This document shows positions 40,651 through 53,400 of a stretch of 64,000 nucleotides of DNA, piece after piece. This DNA comes from Camelus dromedarius (Eukaryota). The notes under the pieces were generated by a model. It was not told the origin of the DNA and ran no database searches. It saw only the letters and a list, made by a program, of their open reading frames with translations. The position numbers and the translations under genes are program-made. Positions within the stretch are counted from its first letter, which is position 1, and every line of letters begins with the position of its first letter. The DNA lies in NCBI RefSeq assembly GCF_036321535.1, contig NC_087472.1:95110001-95174000 (forward strand), in the 5' to 3' direction.

Positions 40651-43374
40651 TCTATCTTTCTACTTGTATTTTTAGGTAGATTAGTTACATTTCTCGACCT
40701 TGGAGAAGTGGCCTCTGTGGGAGACATCCGATGTGTCCCAGCATTACACTCTCTTTTCACCCAAGGGCCAGGGTCCTGATGATCCCAGTGTAGAGTCTGG
40801 CCTGTGTTTGTGGCTTCCTTCCACAGGCTTTGGGATTGTGGTTTTCTTATTTCTGTAATCTTCCTCCTGGTGGATAAGGCTGGACTAGAGCCTTATGCAG
40901 GTTTCCTGGCAGGAGGAGTCGGTGCCTACCCACTGCTGGGTGAAGCTTGGTCCTGGACCTCTGGTGGGTAGGGCTGTGTCTAGAGGCCTTTGTGGCTCAG
41001 GAAGTCTGCTGATGGGTGGGGCTATGTTCCCATCCAGTATGTTGTTTGGCCCCTGAGGCTTCCCTACAGGCTGCTGGGTGGGGCTAGGTCTTGGTGCTAG
41101 TGATCCAATCAAGATGTCAGCCTCCAGGAAAGCTCATGTAGATGAACTCTCCCAGAATGTCTACTGACGTCTTTTATGTCCCCTATGTCCCCAGGAGTCA
41201 TTCCAAAACCAGGAGGCAGGCCTGGCCCAGGTTCATATGAAATCACTGCCTCTGCCCTTGGACCTGGCACACGTGAGATTCTGTGTACACTTCCCAAGAG
41301 AATGAAGTCTCTGTTTCCCCCAGTCTCATGGGGCTCCTGGAGTTAAGCCCCACTTGCCTTCAAAACTAGCTGTCCTGGGGTCTCCTCCCAATGCCAGAAC
41401 CCCGGGCTGGGGAGCCTGATGTGGGGCTCAGAACTCTCACTCCTGTGGGAGGGGCTCTGTAACCCAATTATTATACAGCTTGTGGTCTCCCACCGGGGTA
41501 GGGAGCATGGGGACCAGTTATATCGTGAGCACACCCCTCCTACCGTCCTGCTGTGTTTCCCTCTTTATGTTTTCAGTTGAAGATCTTTTTTGCCAGGTTC
41601 CAGTCTTTTTTTCCTATGGTTGTTTAGCAGTCAGTTGTGGTTTTGTTGTGTTGGGAGGAAAGTCAAGCTCGAGGTCCTACTACTCCACCGTATTGACTAG
41701 AAATCAGTAGTGATCTCAGCATTTCTTTCTTGTGTTTCCTAAGTAGTTCAGAAAAGAAACAAATCAAGGCGAGAGTGCTGACGGATGGCTGCTCCACGTA
41801 CTCTCTCTTGGTATTTTAGAAAGATTAATTGAAATGACTAAGACAAACTACACACTGAAATCTCATACCCATGTTACAAATAAGTATACTATTTGGTAAG
41901 GATAGTTCTGTCATTCACTCTTTCCCTGCCATAGTTCTAAGAAATGCCTGAAGTAATCATTTTCATCCAAAGAAGAGTGGCTTCTCTTCAGCGGAGTGGA
42001 ACTAGGCTAGTCCAGCCATTTCTGGGCCTCCCATTAGACTTAGGGTCTCTTCCTGACCTGTACTAGAATTCATGGGGGTTATGATGAAGGGGAAGAACCG
42101 ATTTACATTTCAGAGCTTAATTACCACTTCATCCAACAGACATGTTTAGCAAGAAATAAAGACTTGCATGTGTATAAAGCAAAGTAAATGGATTATAAAG
42201 TTGAGGCAGTACAGCTGGGCTGGACGAATCCCTCCGCACTTGGTGCCTCTCTTCCATGCTCTGTGTGCGTGTCCTTATTTTATAGCGCTGGAGCACAACA
42301 AACGTACGTTTAACTCATACGAAGTCGAGTAATGTCCACTCAGGACAGCTGAGAGGAATTGAGGGATGAGAGAGAGAAAAAAATAGTGCCAGTGATTCTG
42401 TTAGTAATTCTGTTCCTTCAAATGTGTGAGAGAATAAAGGTGCAGTAGGAGTTCTAATTCTGCCTTTCTTTTAACCCACCTCACCCCTTCTCTCAATTCC
42501 TTTTATAAGTTTCTGGCTCTTATGCAAGTGATTCCAGTGTTTAAAAATACATATTTTTCATACAGTATGACTTTTAAATATAAGCTAACTGCTTAGTCTG
42601 TTGCTGAACTGAAGAAAGAGAGGTCTTCAAAAGCTGGGTAAAAAATTGTTGATGAGATGGGGTATTTAGACAAGACCAACCCTTATATTCTTAAGACTGA
42701 CCCCAGATAATTTTGACTTCAAATGATGTCAAGGGCACAGACTTGAAGCTCTAACCCTCATGTTAAATTGAGTTTAGTCCCCTGAGATGAGAAGAAAACC
42801 TCTGTCTCCCAAATGAATTATGAAATCTCTAATCTGTCACGAGGAAATAAGATTTTCTAAATTTTAGAATAAATTAATATTTATCAAGTGCTACTGCTAA
42901 CACATGACTCATAGCTTTACTATTTACCATCTATAAGATAATTTCAGTAGTAATGTGCCTAATGTTCTTATCTCTGCTATAGACAGTAAGATTCTGGACA
43001 TTTTTCTCTCTTTGCATCCCTCTGAGTATTAGCATATTTCTTTGCACAATCTTGTGAATGAATGAATGTCTTCATTAAAACACCATCTATGACTACTTTC
43101 CTGTTGGATCATATTGATATCCAAAAGGGTATTACATGTAAACAGATACCTAACATTTGTCAATATGAATACTTTTCTATTATTCAAAATAAAAATAGAG
43201 TCAGACCAACTATCCTACCTTAAAAACAAAACAGGAAAACTGGTATAGTATAACAGCCACGACACATAGGCCATCTAATCTGATGAGAAATATATCTTTT
43301 CTTAAAAGAATCCATTGGATTTTAAGGACTGACTTGGCAAAATACAGAACCACAAGAAAATATCCCAATACTGT

Positions 43375-43560
43375 ATAATACTAACTTTTATTGCCTACTT
43401 AAAACAAGTCTGAGGCAAGTATCATTCTTATGCTTATTTGGCAGATGGGAAAAATGTCCTGAGAAGACAAGTAACTTTTCCCACATCACACAGCTAGCCA
43501 GTGCTAGAGTTTTCAGCCCACAAAGGGCAACTCTAGAGCCTGCGTATATAATCTGTCACA
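43375..43560 (-). mobile_element. MIR fragment
   Basis: ttatttggcagatgggaaaaatg...agtaacttttcccacatcacacagctag...ctctagagcctg. Confidence 0.6.
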
Positions 43561-46500
43561 GCAACTAGGACCAGGTATATGACACTAACAGCCTGAAGCT
43601 ACACAAAGGATTATCCTGTTTGCCCTGCTGGGAATGAGAATTCTTATATGCACAAATGAGATTTGGAATATCAAGTATCCTTCAGTGAAACACATTCCCA
43701 AAGCAGTATAATTGAACATGAAATAATAATGGAAAAAAAGGAAAGCCATTAAAAGCGTTTTTTAATCAGACACTACATGAGAAAATAAATGCACCAATCA
43801 GCAAAATATGTCCCTTGGATTGATTCTAGGCTATAGAAGTAGCTTACGAAGAAAACGGGTAATTCCTTGTTACTAACAGTACCTCAGTAAAGGTTTTATG
43901 AGTAAAAAGCAAAAGCACCCTTTATGGTATTGTAACTGTTTTATTGAAGTCCAGATAGAAAGACTATCAATACTTTTAGATTTTTAATCATGAATATTTC
44001 AAGCATGCAATTGCTTCTTGAATCCATGTTCTAACTACAGTTTATCTGGCGACATCATTGTCCATTATGGTTTCGTATCCTTTGGACTAGCAAAGACAGG
44101 CACCCCTGAAAAGAATGAATACAGGCTGTATCTTGCCAGTTACTTAGAAGAGGCCCAATCATTGTGTTTTCCTCACATCCGAAGATTGATGTGGCTCTAC
44201 GTTTTTTTTGTGTGTTTTATTAAATGCACAGTTCCCTGGGCTCATTCCAGTGCAGAAACAGGGCTAACTATTCCCCATTTTCTCCCTCCCTCAGATGTTT
44301 TTTAACTTTGCTCTGGGGTCACCCCTTTACTGTGTGAGCACCTGTAGGTACTCAATAAATATTTGTTGAATCACGAGTAATATCACAAACCAAAACCCCC
44401 AAATCCCAAACCACTTTACATGCTGATTTTCTAGCTTTCATACACTATCCATGACTGCCTTCCTGATGGATCAAATTTACATCCAGAAGGACAATTTCAA
44501 TCCAGTTTATCTTCTGATTTTATTTGAGGCAGTTTTAATGCAACCCAGAACATTCAGTGGACTACACAGGTCCTTTACTGCTACTTCTGGATTTTAAGAC
44601 TGTCAGATGTAGCTAGAATCTGATTCAGATTGACTCAGGGAATAAAGTTCTGAGGTAAACCGATAGGTTGTGGTTTATTCCCCACAAACTTAGGTTGAAT
44701 AAAGAATGCTTTTTTTTTCTTTTTCTTTTCTGCTCCTAACCCTTCATTTTAGACCCCTGATATTTGGGTCTTCATCTTTATACACTTTAAACTTCAAAAA
44801 AATTTTTTTAACTTAAAAATTACAATAAAATGTCTGTGTCACCTTTATTATGATATATAGCTAGACTTCATTAAATACAATTTCAATAGTAGGTAAAGGT
44901 ACCATTTTAAAAGGATGAGTCTTACTTCCACTGTTTTTCAAATCATCAGTGCTGGAAATAACCAGTCACCTATATCAGCAGAGGCACACACTCTAAAAAA
45001 GAGCTTCCACCATTAAAATATTCAGTCTTCAAAACTTGCAGGTGGATGGTTTCCAATTAGGAAGAGGGAGTACACAATGCATTTATAGGTAGTAAGAAAA
45101 GTGCCTAACACAAGACACAAGAGTTTAGCTAAGCCTATGTGGGTAGAAATTTCAGTCAAGAGAAAAAAAATCTTGTAAGAAAGATATTAAAGAGAAAAAA
45201 ATAAACTTTATTAATGCTGCAGGAAGTAGAAATACAGGAGGTTTCCAAAATTTGACATAAACAAGTGTGCGTCACAAGATTACAGGGTAAACAGGCTGTA
45301 TGCCCCTGTCAAAAAGTCAGTAAGAAAACATCTTTATTAACACCTCCCATTGATGTGACGTAACTTAGTAAAAATTCAAACCTCAAGACCAGATGACATT
45401 ATGTTTTTTTCAAATGTGAGAAGCACTATGCACTAACATGAGGTCATTACCATAAAAGAGATTAAAGGTGATCTGGGACAAATATGCCAACAAAGCATAT
45501 TGGCTGAGGGTAGAGACTCTTGGGTTGGATTGTGTGGATGTGATCCTGGGTTTTCTACATTTTGCCTTCATACCCAGGAGTAAAGTGTGCAGCCTTTCAG
45601 GTCTCAGGCTGCTCACCTCTGAAGTATACCAAATTAACAGAATTCTCCAAAAGGAAGGAGCAGGAAGTTGTATGTAGAGCTCTTGGGACAATGTCTATGC
45701 TGTGGGACAGCCGGAGTTACAGGTTTGAGATGGCATCGAGGCTCAGAAGTCAAAAATAGGCTTCAAGCCGATGCCACACTTACTTAGCTTTATAGAATCA
45801 TTCGGAGTTACAATAGGGACATCATCAGCGTGTCATCGGCTGTGCCAGCATCTGCCCAAGTACACAGGTTCTTTTGCCCCATCACCTAGCCAGAGCATGA
45901 GCAAGGTGCCTGTGGGTCACATGAACATACAGAAACCACAGGCCCATCCCCTTGTTCGTGTTTTATGCTGTCCTGGTCACATAGGCCAGAGCCCTGCATG
46001 CCGAAGTGAAGCTCCCTCAGCAGGGGTGCAGGTTCACACAACAAAGGAGGCAGACACAGCAGTTCCCTTGTATGTTTACTGTTTCCAAGGAAACAGTACT
46101 GTGGAGTCCAAGGTCATCCTCAGTGCGGGCCTGATGGTAACCCTTTGCTCACGGTCTGTCATGCAGAGAGGGCTCTAACAATGTTACCTGTTATTCCAAT
46201 TAGCAAACAGGATAATGTCCTATGTGAGTGAGTGTGTATGCCCACGGCCAAGGGAGGCGCTGTTGATAATCCATGAAAATGAAGACTACTAGAAGAATTT
46301 AAATTATCCATTGAGTACTTGAGACAGTCAATGTATGTTCAGAGCACTGAGAATGGTATTTTTGCTTGTTAAGTGATCTCTTTCCCCTTTATTCTAGTAA
46401 AATTCCCGTTTTCCTTTGAGAGGTCCATTCTTACCTCAATCTCATGTAGTTCCAATGGGGATGACCCAGCGTTCTATCTAAGGGCAGGTCTGACATGGCA

Positions 46501-48772
46501 GGCTTGCACCCCTGTGATTAATGCGAGACTAACATGTGACTCAAGTTAGGCCAAGGAGGGTTACTTCGGATTTTTACCAGCATTATTACAAAAGAGAAAT
46601 ATTTGCTCAGCAGCCAGTTTATCACAATAGCACTTGTGAGTGTCAATGGCCAGGTACCAGATGGATAAAGCCTGCCAGGGAACAAAGGATACACAGAGAA
46701 GAGCAATGACAAAGGATGAAAAGAGGGTGAAAACTGAAGTCTCTGGTTGTCTGTGAAGTGGAATCTGTAAGATTCCTGACCAGTATAGGGACTGAATCAA
46801 GAGAGGAGACACAAATGAAAAGACAGACTGTTTAACTGAAAAGAGCAAAATCCACAACAAATAGTCCTAGGAAGCACGTGCCAATGTCAGCTGATTTCAT
46901 CCATGCATTAGTGGCTGAGAGAGCTGGTCGGAGGGACTAGAACTAAGGCTGGGGAGGGGCGCAGGTTAACCCCTTCTTGAGATTTGGGCACTTATTGATG
47001 TCCCCTGGTACATCTGGACCATCTATTGTGAAACAAAGGTGAACTGCAGCAGGCTGCAGTCCTGGAAAAGGTTGGCAGAACTTCTGAGCTCAGAATATGT
47101 TCCAGTCTGCTGACTGAGGCATGGGCTTGGCTTCTCTAAGGCACTAGAGACCCAGTGGGGATGGAGAAGCCCTAGGTTATCCAAGAGACATAGGCAGAAG
47201 CAGATCAGCCAGAGACCGTGTGGAAGATGAAAGTGGTATTTAAGAAAATGGCTTCCTGATGGTGCTGAGAAATTCTCAGTAGGATCGAGTCTGAGCAGCC
47301 TGGAGATGGAGGAGGATCACGATCAGTATCTGGGATGGGACGAGTATGGGGCAGGTTTTGCCATTTAACTCTATTAGGAAAACATGGAAAAAGTTGTTTG
47401 CTTTCCCCAAACTGCTAAGAAAAATAGGTCAGTACAACTAAAAGAAATTTTTCATAATGCTTGTCATTCAAATGACAAACACTTTTTTAAAATGGTAAAA
47501 AAAAAAAAAAAAGGGACAGTTTCTCTTATTAGGCGAAAATCTTAGTGAGTGTGACATGGCACTACAATATTCACATGGAAAAAACAATTCAAAAAAGCCA
47601 CCTCATATACCGTAATCAAATATTTCTCATTTTACTGGTTAACAAAAGCTGCTAATGAGATATAAATACACCAGAGAGTAGAAATCAAAGTTGAACTAAT
47701 ACAAGCAAACATTACAGGATTTTCTGCTATCTTCTGGGCAGACCTCTTCTATAAAATAGGTGAGATGAACAGTATATATTCAAGTGTCAATGTATAGAAC
47801 ATCATCCTTAAGAACTGCAAAAAATTTAGTATTTAATCATTTGAATATTTCCACATTAAGCCATGTTCTTTAGCAGTCTGTTATTTCTTTACAATTTACT
47901 ACATGTTGTTAACAATAAGCAGATAATATTTAATGAGTGCTTACTCCAAATGTGTTGAGTAGTTTCACATATGCTTTCTTACATATTATCAGAATTTCCT
48001 AAGACCCCAGTACATCTTGAGTTCCAATGGCATCATATTAAAAGTAAAAACCTAGGTTTTCAGAGGCTCTTGCCCCGCCCAGCTCCTGATAAAGGACCCC
48101 TACTTGCCTGCAAAAATCTCAGTTATGTCTGAGAGTCCACAGGTGTTAATATACGTGTGTGCTCACATACATGCCTATATTTGGTGAGTACCATCATATC
48201 CACAGACGATGGCTATACAGTGGAAAAAGCTATTTATTTCCAGTCACTGCTGGACATCCTGTTCCTCCTCCAGTCATCTGGAGACCTCTCAGTCTCTGCT
48301 AGTCATACTCTGAGTGCCACCGTGTCCCTGTGTTAGATCAGACACCTAGAGTCGTTGTCCAGGGCTGCAGATGAAGCGCTGGCGCACTTCAGGAGGCAAA
48401 GCTGTTCTGGAGTGTCCTGGCGCACTGCAGAGGCGTGCCAAGTGCTTTCCTCACCTCATATCCCCAAACATCATAGTGTGTCACCGAGCTTTACAGCATT
48501 TCTCATGGAAGTGCTCTTTCTGGTTTGAGTTTTTAACTTTAATCCCCTCACCCCGATATTTTTATCACAGTATTCCAAAGGACTTCTACAGGGAGAGGAA
48601 GGCAGGGTGGGGAAGTTATATCACGTGACAGATCTCAAAAAGGGATGGCATGTTTAATTTAGGATTGACTCTTCTTTCAAATAGCAGAGGCTTTCTTACT
48701 GTGTCAAGTTGACCTTACTTAGCTCCTACTTCCCTCAGATTAGCTCTTCTGAAACCCCTCTGACCCCCCCCC

Positions 48773-49247
48773 AAGTCAGAACTTACTTGGTTTTTTAACT
48801 AACAACTCGAATTCAGTGTTTAGCTGGTTATGAGTAGAGGGGAAATGTTATCAGTTCAACAAATTGGAATTCCAGGGGTGGTTTTGTCTTTAGACATAGC
48901 TTTATCCAAGGACTTCAATGATATCTTCAAGGCTCTCTCTCTTTTTCTCCATCTCTTTGTTATTTGTGTTGTCCTCAGTCTCAGGCAAACCAAAAGTAAA
49001 AAGGAGAGCAAGATAGCACTTCCTTCTTCTGGGTTCCAGAAAAAGTCACTGGGATGAATTTGATTGCTCCAACCTGAGTGACTGGGCCCATGGCTCAGCC
49101 AGAGACTGTGGCCGGGAAGATGGAGTAGTCTGGTTGCCAACCCTTGTTACTAAGCAGGGCAAGCCATGTAATTAACATCCCCATCAGTTAGGGGGAGGAT
49201 AGTTTATCACAAAGAAGAGAAGCTGGACAGTAGCAGTCGTCCACTAG
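48773..49247 (-). mobile_element. Old MLT1 (K/L-like) LTR
   Basis: atccaaggacttcaatgatatc, ccagagactgtggccgggaagatggagta and terminal gtccacta. Confidence 0.55.
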
Positions 49248-50261
49248 AGCCCCTGCTTTCAACAGATACCTGCAGGGCCAATCTGATCACAGAGTATGCC
49301 CAGAGAAGCTGGGACCTCGGAAGTGGGGAGGACATGGTTTAAATTCCTCCCTTAGCTTGTGGCAAAGTCAGGATTCAAAATTGGATCTCATTGCTCCAAG
49401 GACTATGTTTATTTGACCATACTCTGTTTTCCTAATCATAATATGTTTTCACATTTCAAAAGAGCATTCCTAGCTATAATTATGCAGGCACATCAAGAGA
49501 AAATACAACTTGGGAGAAGCCAAAAAGGCTAAAGTAGAGTTGCTCATAGTATGTTACACACCACCTGTTTCAGAATGACCTGAGGAGCTTATTACTATCT
49601 CAGGTTTGGGGATGACTTCTGAACTTTTAAATCAGAATCTTTGGCTTTCTCCTCTGCCTCCTTTGGCTTATGCTTGGGTATTTTATTGTTACTGGTATCA
49701 TCCAAAAGGCTGACCCATCTGCTAAACCATTGCCTTCCCTGCTGTGATGAAAGTTTGCATATCCACACCAACTTGCACAAAAGTAACCGACAGCCACGTA
49801 TCATCAATGATTTAGTGAGTCATCAGTGCGGTGCGAAGTTTTGGGGCTGCCAGTGTTAGGGGCTCAGATTCCCTGTATTTGACCCAACATTCTAGCCAGG
49901 GTGTTTTCAGAAATGTATGTCAGAGATGTTTTATGTCTGCAAGGAACCAAACACAGCACTATTTTCACCTTAAGAGTTAAGACAAGACAGAAGCAGGATG
50001 TCATTTGCTCTGCCCCGGCCACCCTGAAAGTCACCGTATTGCAGAAGCACCTCAACTACCATTGTGATTGAATATCAAGGTAAAAGCGAAAAGAAAAAGA
50101 AGAGGTTGTTTCTCAAGAAATTTAAAACCTTAAGTGATATTTTTAAATGCTTATGCTTTTTAGTGTAGGAAAGCTGACAAGGACAAAACTCCACAGAGGA
50201 GTGCTTGCCCAAGAATCTGCATCCTTAACATTTATTCACATTAAGATTTGAGAAACAATTC

Positions 50262-50405
50262 GAGGCAGTTTTTTGCTGTATATTAACCGGCAGGGAATGT
50301 CGCCTGGATCCCAGCCCGGGAGATTCTGATGTCATTGGTCTGGAGCGTGGGCTTGGTACTCCTGTCCAGGTGATTGTAATGTGCAGTAGAGGTTGAACAC
50401 CGCTG
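50262..50405. mobile_element. MER5-family (MER5B-like) DNA transposon fragment
   Basis: gagattctgatgtcattggtctggagcgtgggc...ccaggtgattgtaatgtgcagtagaggttgaacaccgctg. Confidence 0.65.
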
Positions 50406-53400
50406 TGATCAGGGAGCTATTCTATTGATTTGTGAAAATGCCTACAAAAGTGTTTTAAAGGCCATTTCTCTTCTTGGGAGAAATGTGAAGAAAGTTAATC
50501 AGTATGGCAGAAGAAACTGGGAAAGTTTTTCCAGGAGAAATAATAGTAAATATGAAAACTCAGAGGCAAGTCTAAGACATCAGCTCTCAAAAATAATTAG
50601 GTTTGGACAGAGGGCTGTGAACATGGCAGAGTGAGAAAGAGGGACTTTAGGTAAAGGGGAATGAAAAAGTGGAGAACCTGACCACCCAGGATCAGGAAAT
50701 TGAATTCAACTTGAGAGCCAATTGAGAGCCACCATAGGTATCTGCAAATAGCAGTGGCACGATGAAAACTGTGCTTGAAAATGAAAACAAAACTAATAGC
50801 AAAGCAACATGGTCAATCCAATGTATTTGTAAAAGAACTAGCTCCAGGGAGCATTGTTTTCTTGTTTCTCCCTAACAGGCATTTTTAGCTACAACGATGA
50901 AGTAATTATAATCTCAATAAAGAAATTGCATGTAGGATCATTAAATTATCTAATATTTGCTAGTCAGAGTTCACATTGTCTGTAAAGCCAGGCCAGACCA
51001 CAAGTGTTTGTCCATGGTTAAAGATTGATAAGAAGGATGATTTAGAGGTAGTTTAAGTTGTCTTTGGTTCAGTTTGCCCCTTAATTTGCAAGCACACAGC
51101 ACAAAGGATGCTTGTGGGTGAACCTGATGCTATGATGCCTGAGTTGTTCCTCAAGGGAGCAATTTACTGAAGTTGGAAGATCATCAGAGCCAGCGTGGAG
51201 TGAAGAATTCGTTGTGTGAGAATAGTTAGCAACCATGAGCTCACTGCTTTTTCAGTTATTTTATTTTGACTTTCATGTATATCAGCACTCAAGAATCCAA
51301 TCAGTATAATAGGACATTATTGCAGCAGCTCTTCAGTAACATCCTTTCTTCCTCTAATTCTTACTCTGATGTTGGGGCAGCAGTCAGCCCGAAGCCTACT
51401 GACCATACCTGGCAACTGCCATTTCAGGGACGCATGCTGCTAGACCACTGGATGTGCGATGGTGCTTGTTACCAAATAAGGATAGGTTCTATTTAGGAAG
51501 CATTAAGTTACAGGATGATCAGTTGAGGTCATTCAGTTTAGGTATTTCTAGTCAGTAAATGTAATGAAACTGAGAAGCCTTGCTTTGCGAAGCCATTAGT
51601 CTGCAGTGGCCCTACATAAGCAAACCAAAACTTAAGCCAGAGCCATTGCACTCAAAAATGTGTTGAAACTTCAGAACAACCAGTCACAAATAGCCCCCTA
51701 GTCTTTCTCAAATAAGGCAACCACTGAAGTTATTCCCAGTCAAATAATTGCTTTGCTTTGATCCCTGGTCTTTTCTAGAAAATCCTTGCCCTAGCTCCTG
51801 TGTGGGGAGTGCCCTTAACCACTTCTCGTTTGGTTCTGCCCGATTCAAATCGATGTGTGCTCAAACACTTCAAAGTTTAATGTACCTTAGTTTATCTTTT
51901 AACACTTGTAACAAACTTGGCAGTTGCTGACAGGCTCCGCCTGGTATCCAACGCTTATATTCACCTCACCCAACATATGGGACAGTTTGCTGCCTATCTG
52001 CTGCTTCACATTTTAGGATGTATTTTATGTGGTCAGAGTTCCTCAAGGTGTGATCCTATAAATCTGCATTTGTAGAGGCCATCCAAACACCAAAGTTTGA
52101 AAACTTCTCCTCTGGTGACTTTCAAACCTGGTGCTTCCTAAAATCATGAAGTTGAGTGCTGAGCAAGAGCTGTAAACTGCCAGCCTGGTAAGAGGCTGGA
52201 TACCAGCATTTGGGTACCAGTGTCCTCAAGTCTGTCTGCATGGTTGTAGGTATCATGTCCTCCCTCACTGGACACAAACTCCCCCTGTCCTGCTGACCAC
52301 TTTTGGTCGTCCCTGCCCAGTATCAGGGTCACCACCTGAGATTCCCATGTGCTTTGGCCATCAGCAGTCCCTCTGCTTAATCCTGATCTTAAATCTCAGT
52401 GATTCCTGTGGCCTCTGCTCGCGCACTGTGAACTTCTATAAATTCTTTCTTGGTGGTCTGGGGTAGGAAAATGATGAAATATTTTTAGGCATTGCTGATT
52501 ATGGTGTGACAGTAATAAAATGGAGAAGATTAAGAAGAGCCACCATCTCAAACTAGACACACCCACTTGTACAGGGATATTGTAATCTCAAGTATTAGTT
52601 TAGCTAGCAAATCTAAACTCAGGGGAAAACAGGGAACCAAAATGCAAATGCAGGGATGGTACTCCAGGGGAGAATTCTTTATTGAGGGATCCAGAATCAA
52701 ACTGTGCTGATTTCCTAATCAATGGTGATGCAGTGGAGGAGAGAACAGTCAATATGGAGAAATCAGGATTGACAGATTTGGGTATCATGAAGTCTTTTAA
52801 GTCAATAACAGCTCCAAGTATTGGTCTTTAGTTTAAGGGCATAATTTCACCAAGTTGGAATAATATTTTTTTCTTTTAATTTTATCTTTTAAGAAAGTTA
52901 CCAAATCAGGAACTCACAAACAGGGAACCTCACTTTGGCGGATGATGTGGGAACGTATCTTAGAACCTACTGGAAGGAAAGATGACTGGATGGGCTGGAG
53001 CCTCCTAAATCCCTCCTGCTTTTGTTAAGCTGGGCCTCACTGAGCCTGCCTGTCAGACTTACCCTTGGAGCATCCTTGTTGTTATTTGGTTGCTTATATA
53101 TAGATCCAAGAACTATCTAATCTGAATCCCCTGTGTTTTGGCCTGGACATCTTTGCATTTTCAAACTGCCCAGGCAATTTGTATGAACTACCAGGTGAAG
53201 AGCTGTAGTCCGAGGAATCAGAATCTGGCCGAACCTGGAAGGGGGTGGGCCAGCAGGTGGTGGGGGGTGAAAGCGGCAAGGGGATGGGGCTACGGGTCCA
53301 ATCCAAACAGGCCTCCGGCGAAGCACTGTGAGGAAAGTTAACCCTTAAGAAGCATAAGAGCATCTCCTCTTTTCAGGTCCACCTACTTCTTAGGATTATA

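Larger units (their letters stand above)
35442..41712 (-). mobile_element. Near-full-length LINE-1 insertion with a foreign 3' segment (35455-35651)
   Basis: L1 homology about 35652-41705 with ORF2 fragments (endonuclease HCLQETH, FSRIDHML; reverse transcriptase [13 protein letters not shown]-terminal HCWWECKL), ORF1 fragments and 5'UTR; TSD at(a/c)tca(t/g)catttctttctt at 35423-35441 and 41713-41731. Confidence 0.93.

Noticed and set aside
35819..40760. Functional reverse transcriptase / RNA-binding protein genes, or a novel RT system
   Set aside because: These are standard L1 ORF1/ORF2 remnants broken by stops, frameshifts, a microsatellite and a nested insertion.
45771..46178. 135-aa ORF in unique-looking DNA
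   Set aside because: No recognisable domain or gene context; the length is compatible with chance in locally higher-GC sequence.
52144..52335. Minus-strand terminal-exon-like ORF
   Set aside because: The putative acceptor lacks a pyrimidine tract and the peptide is not recognisable.
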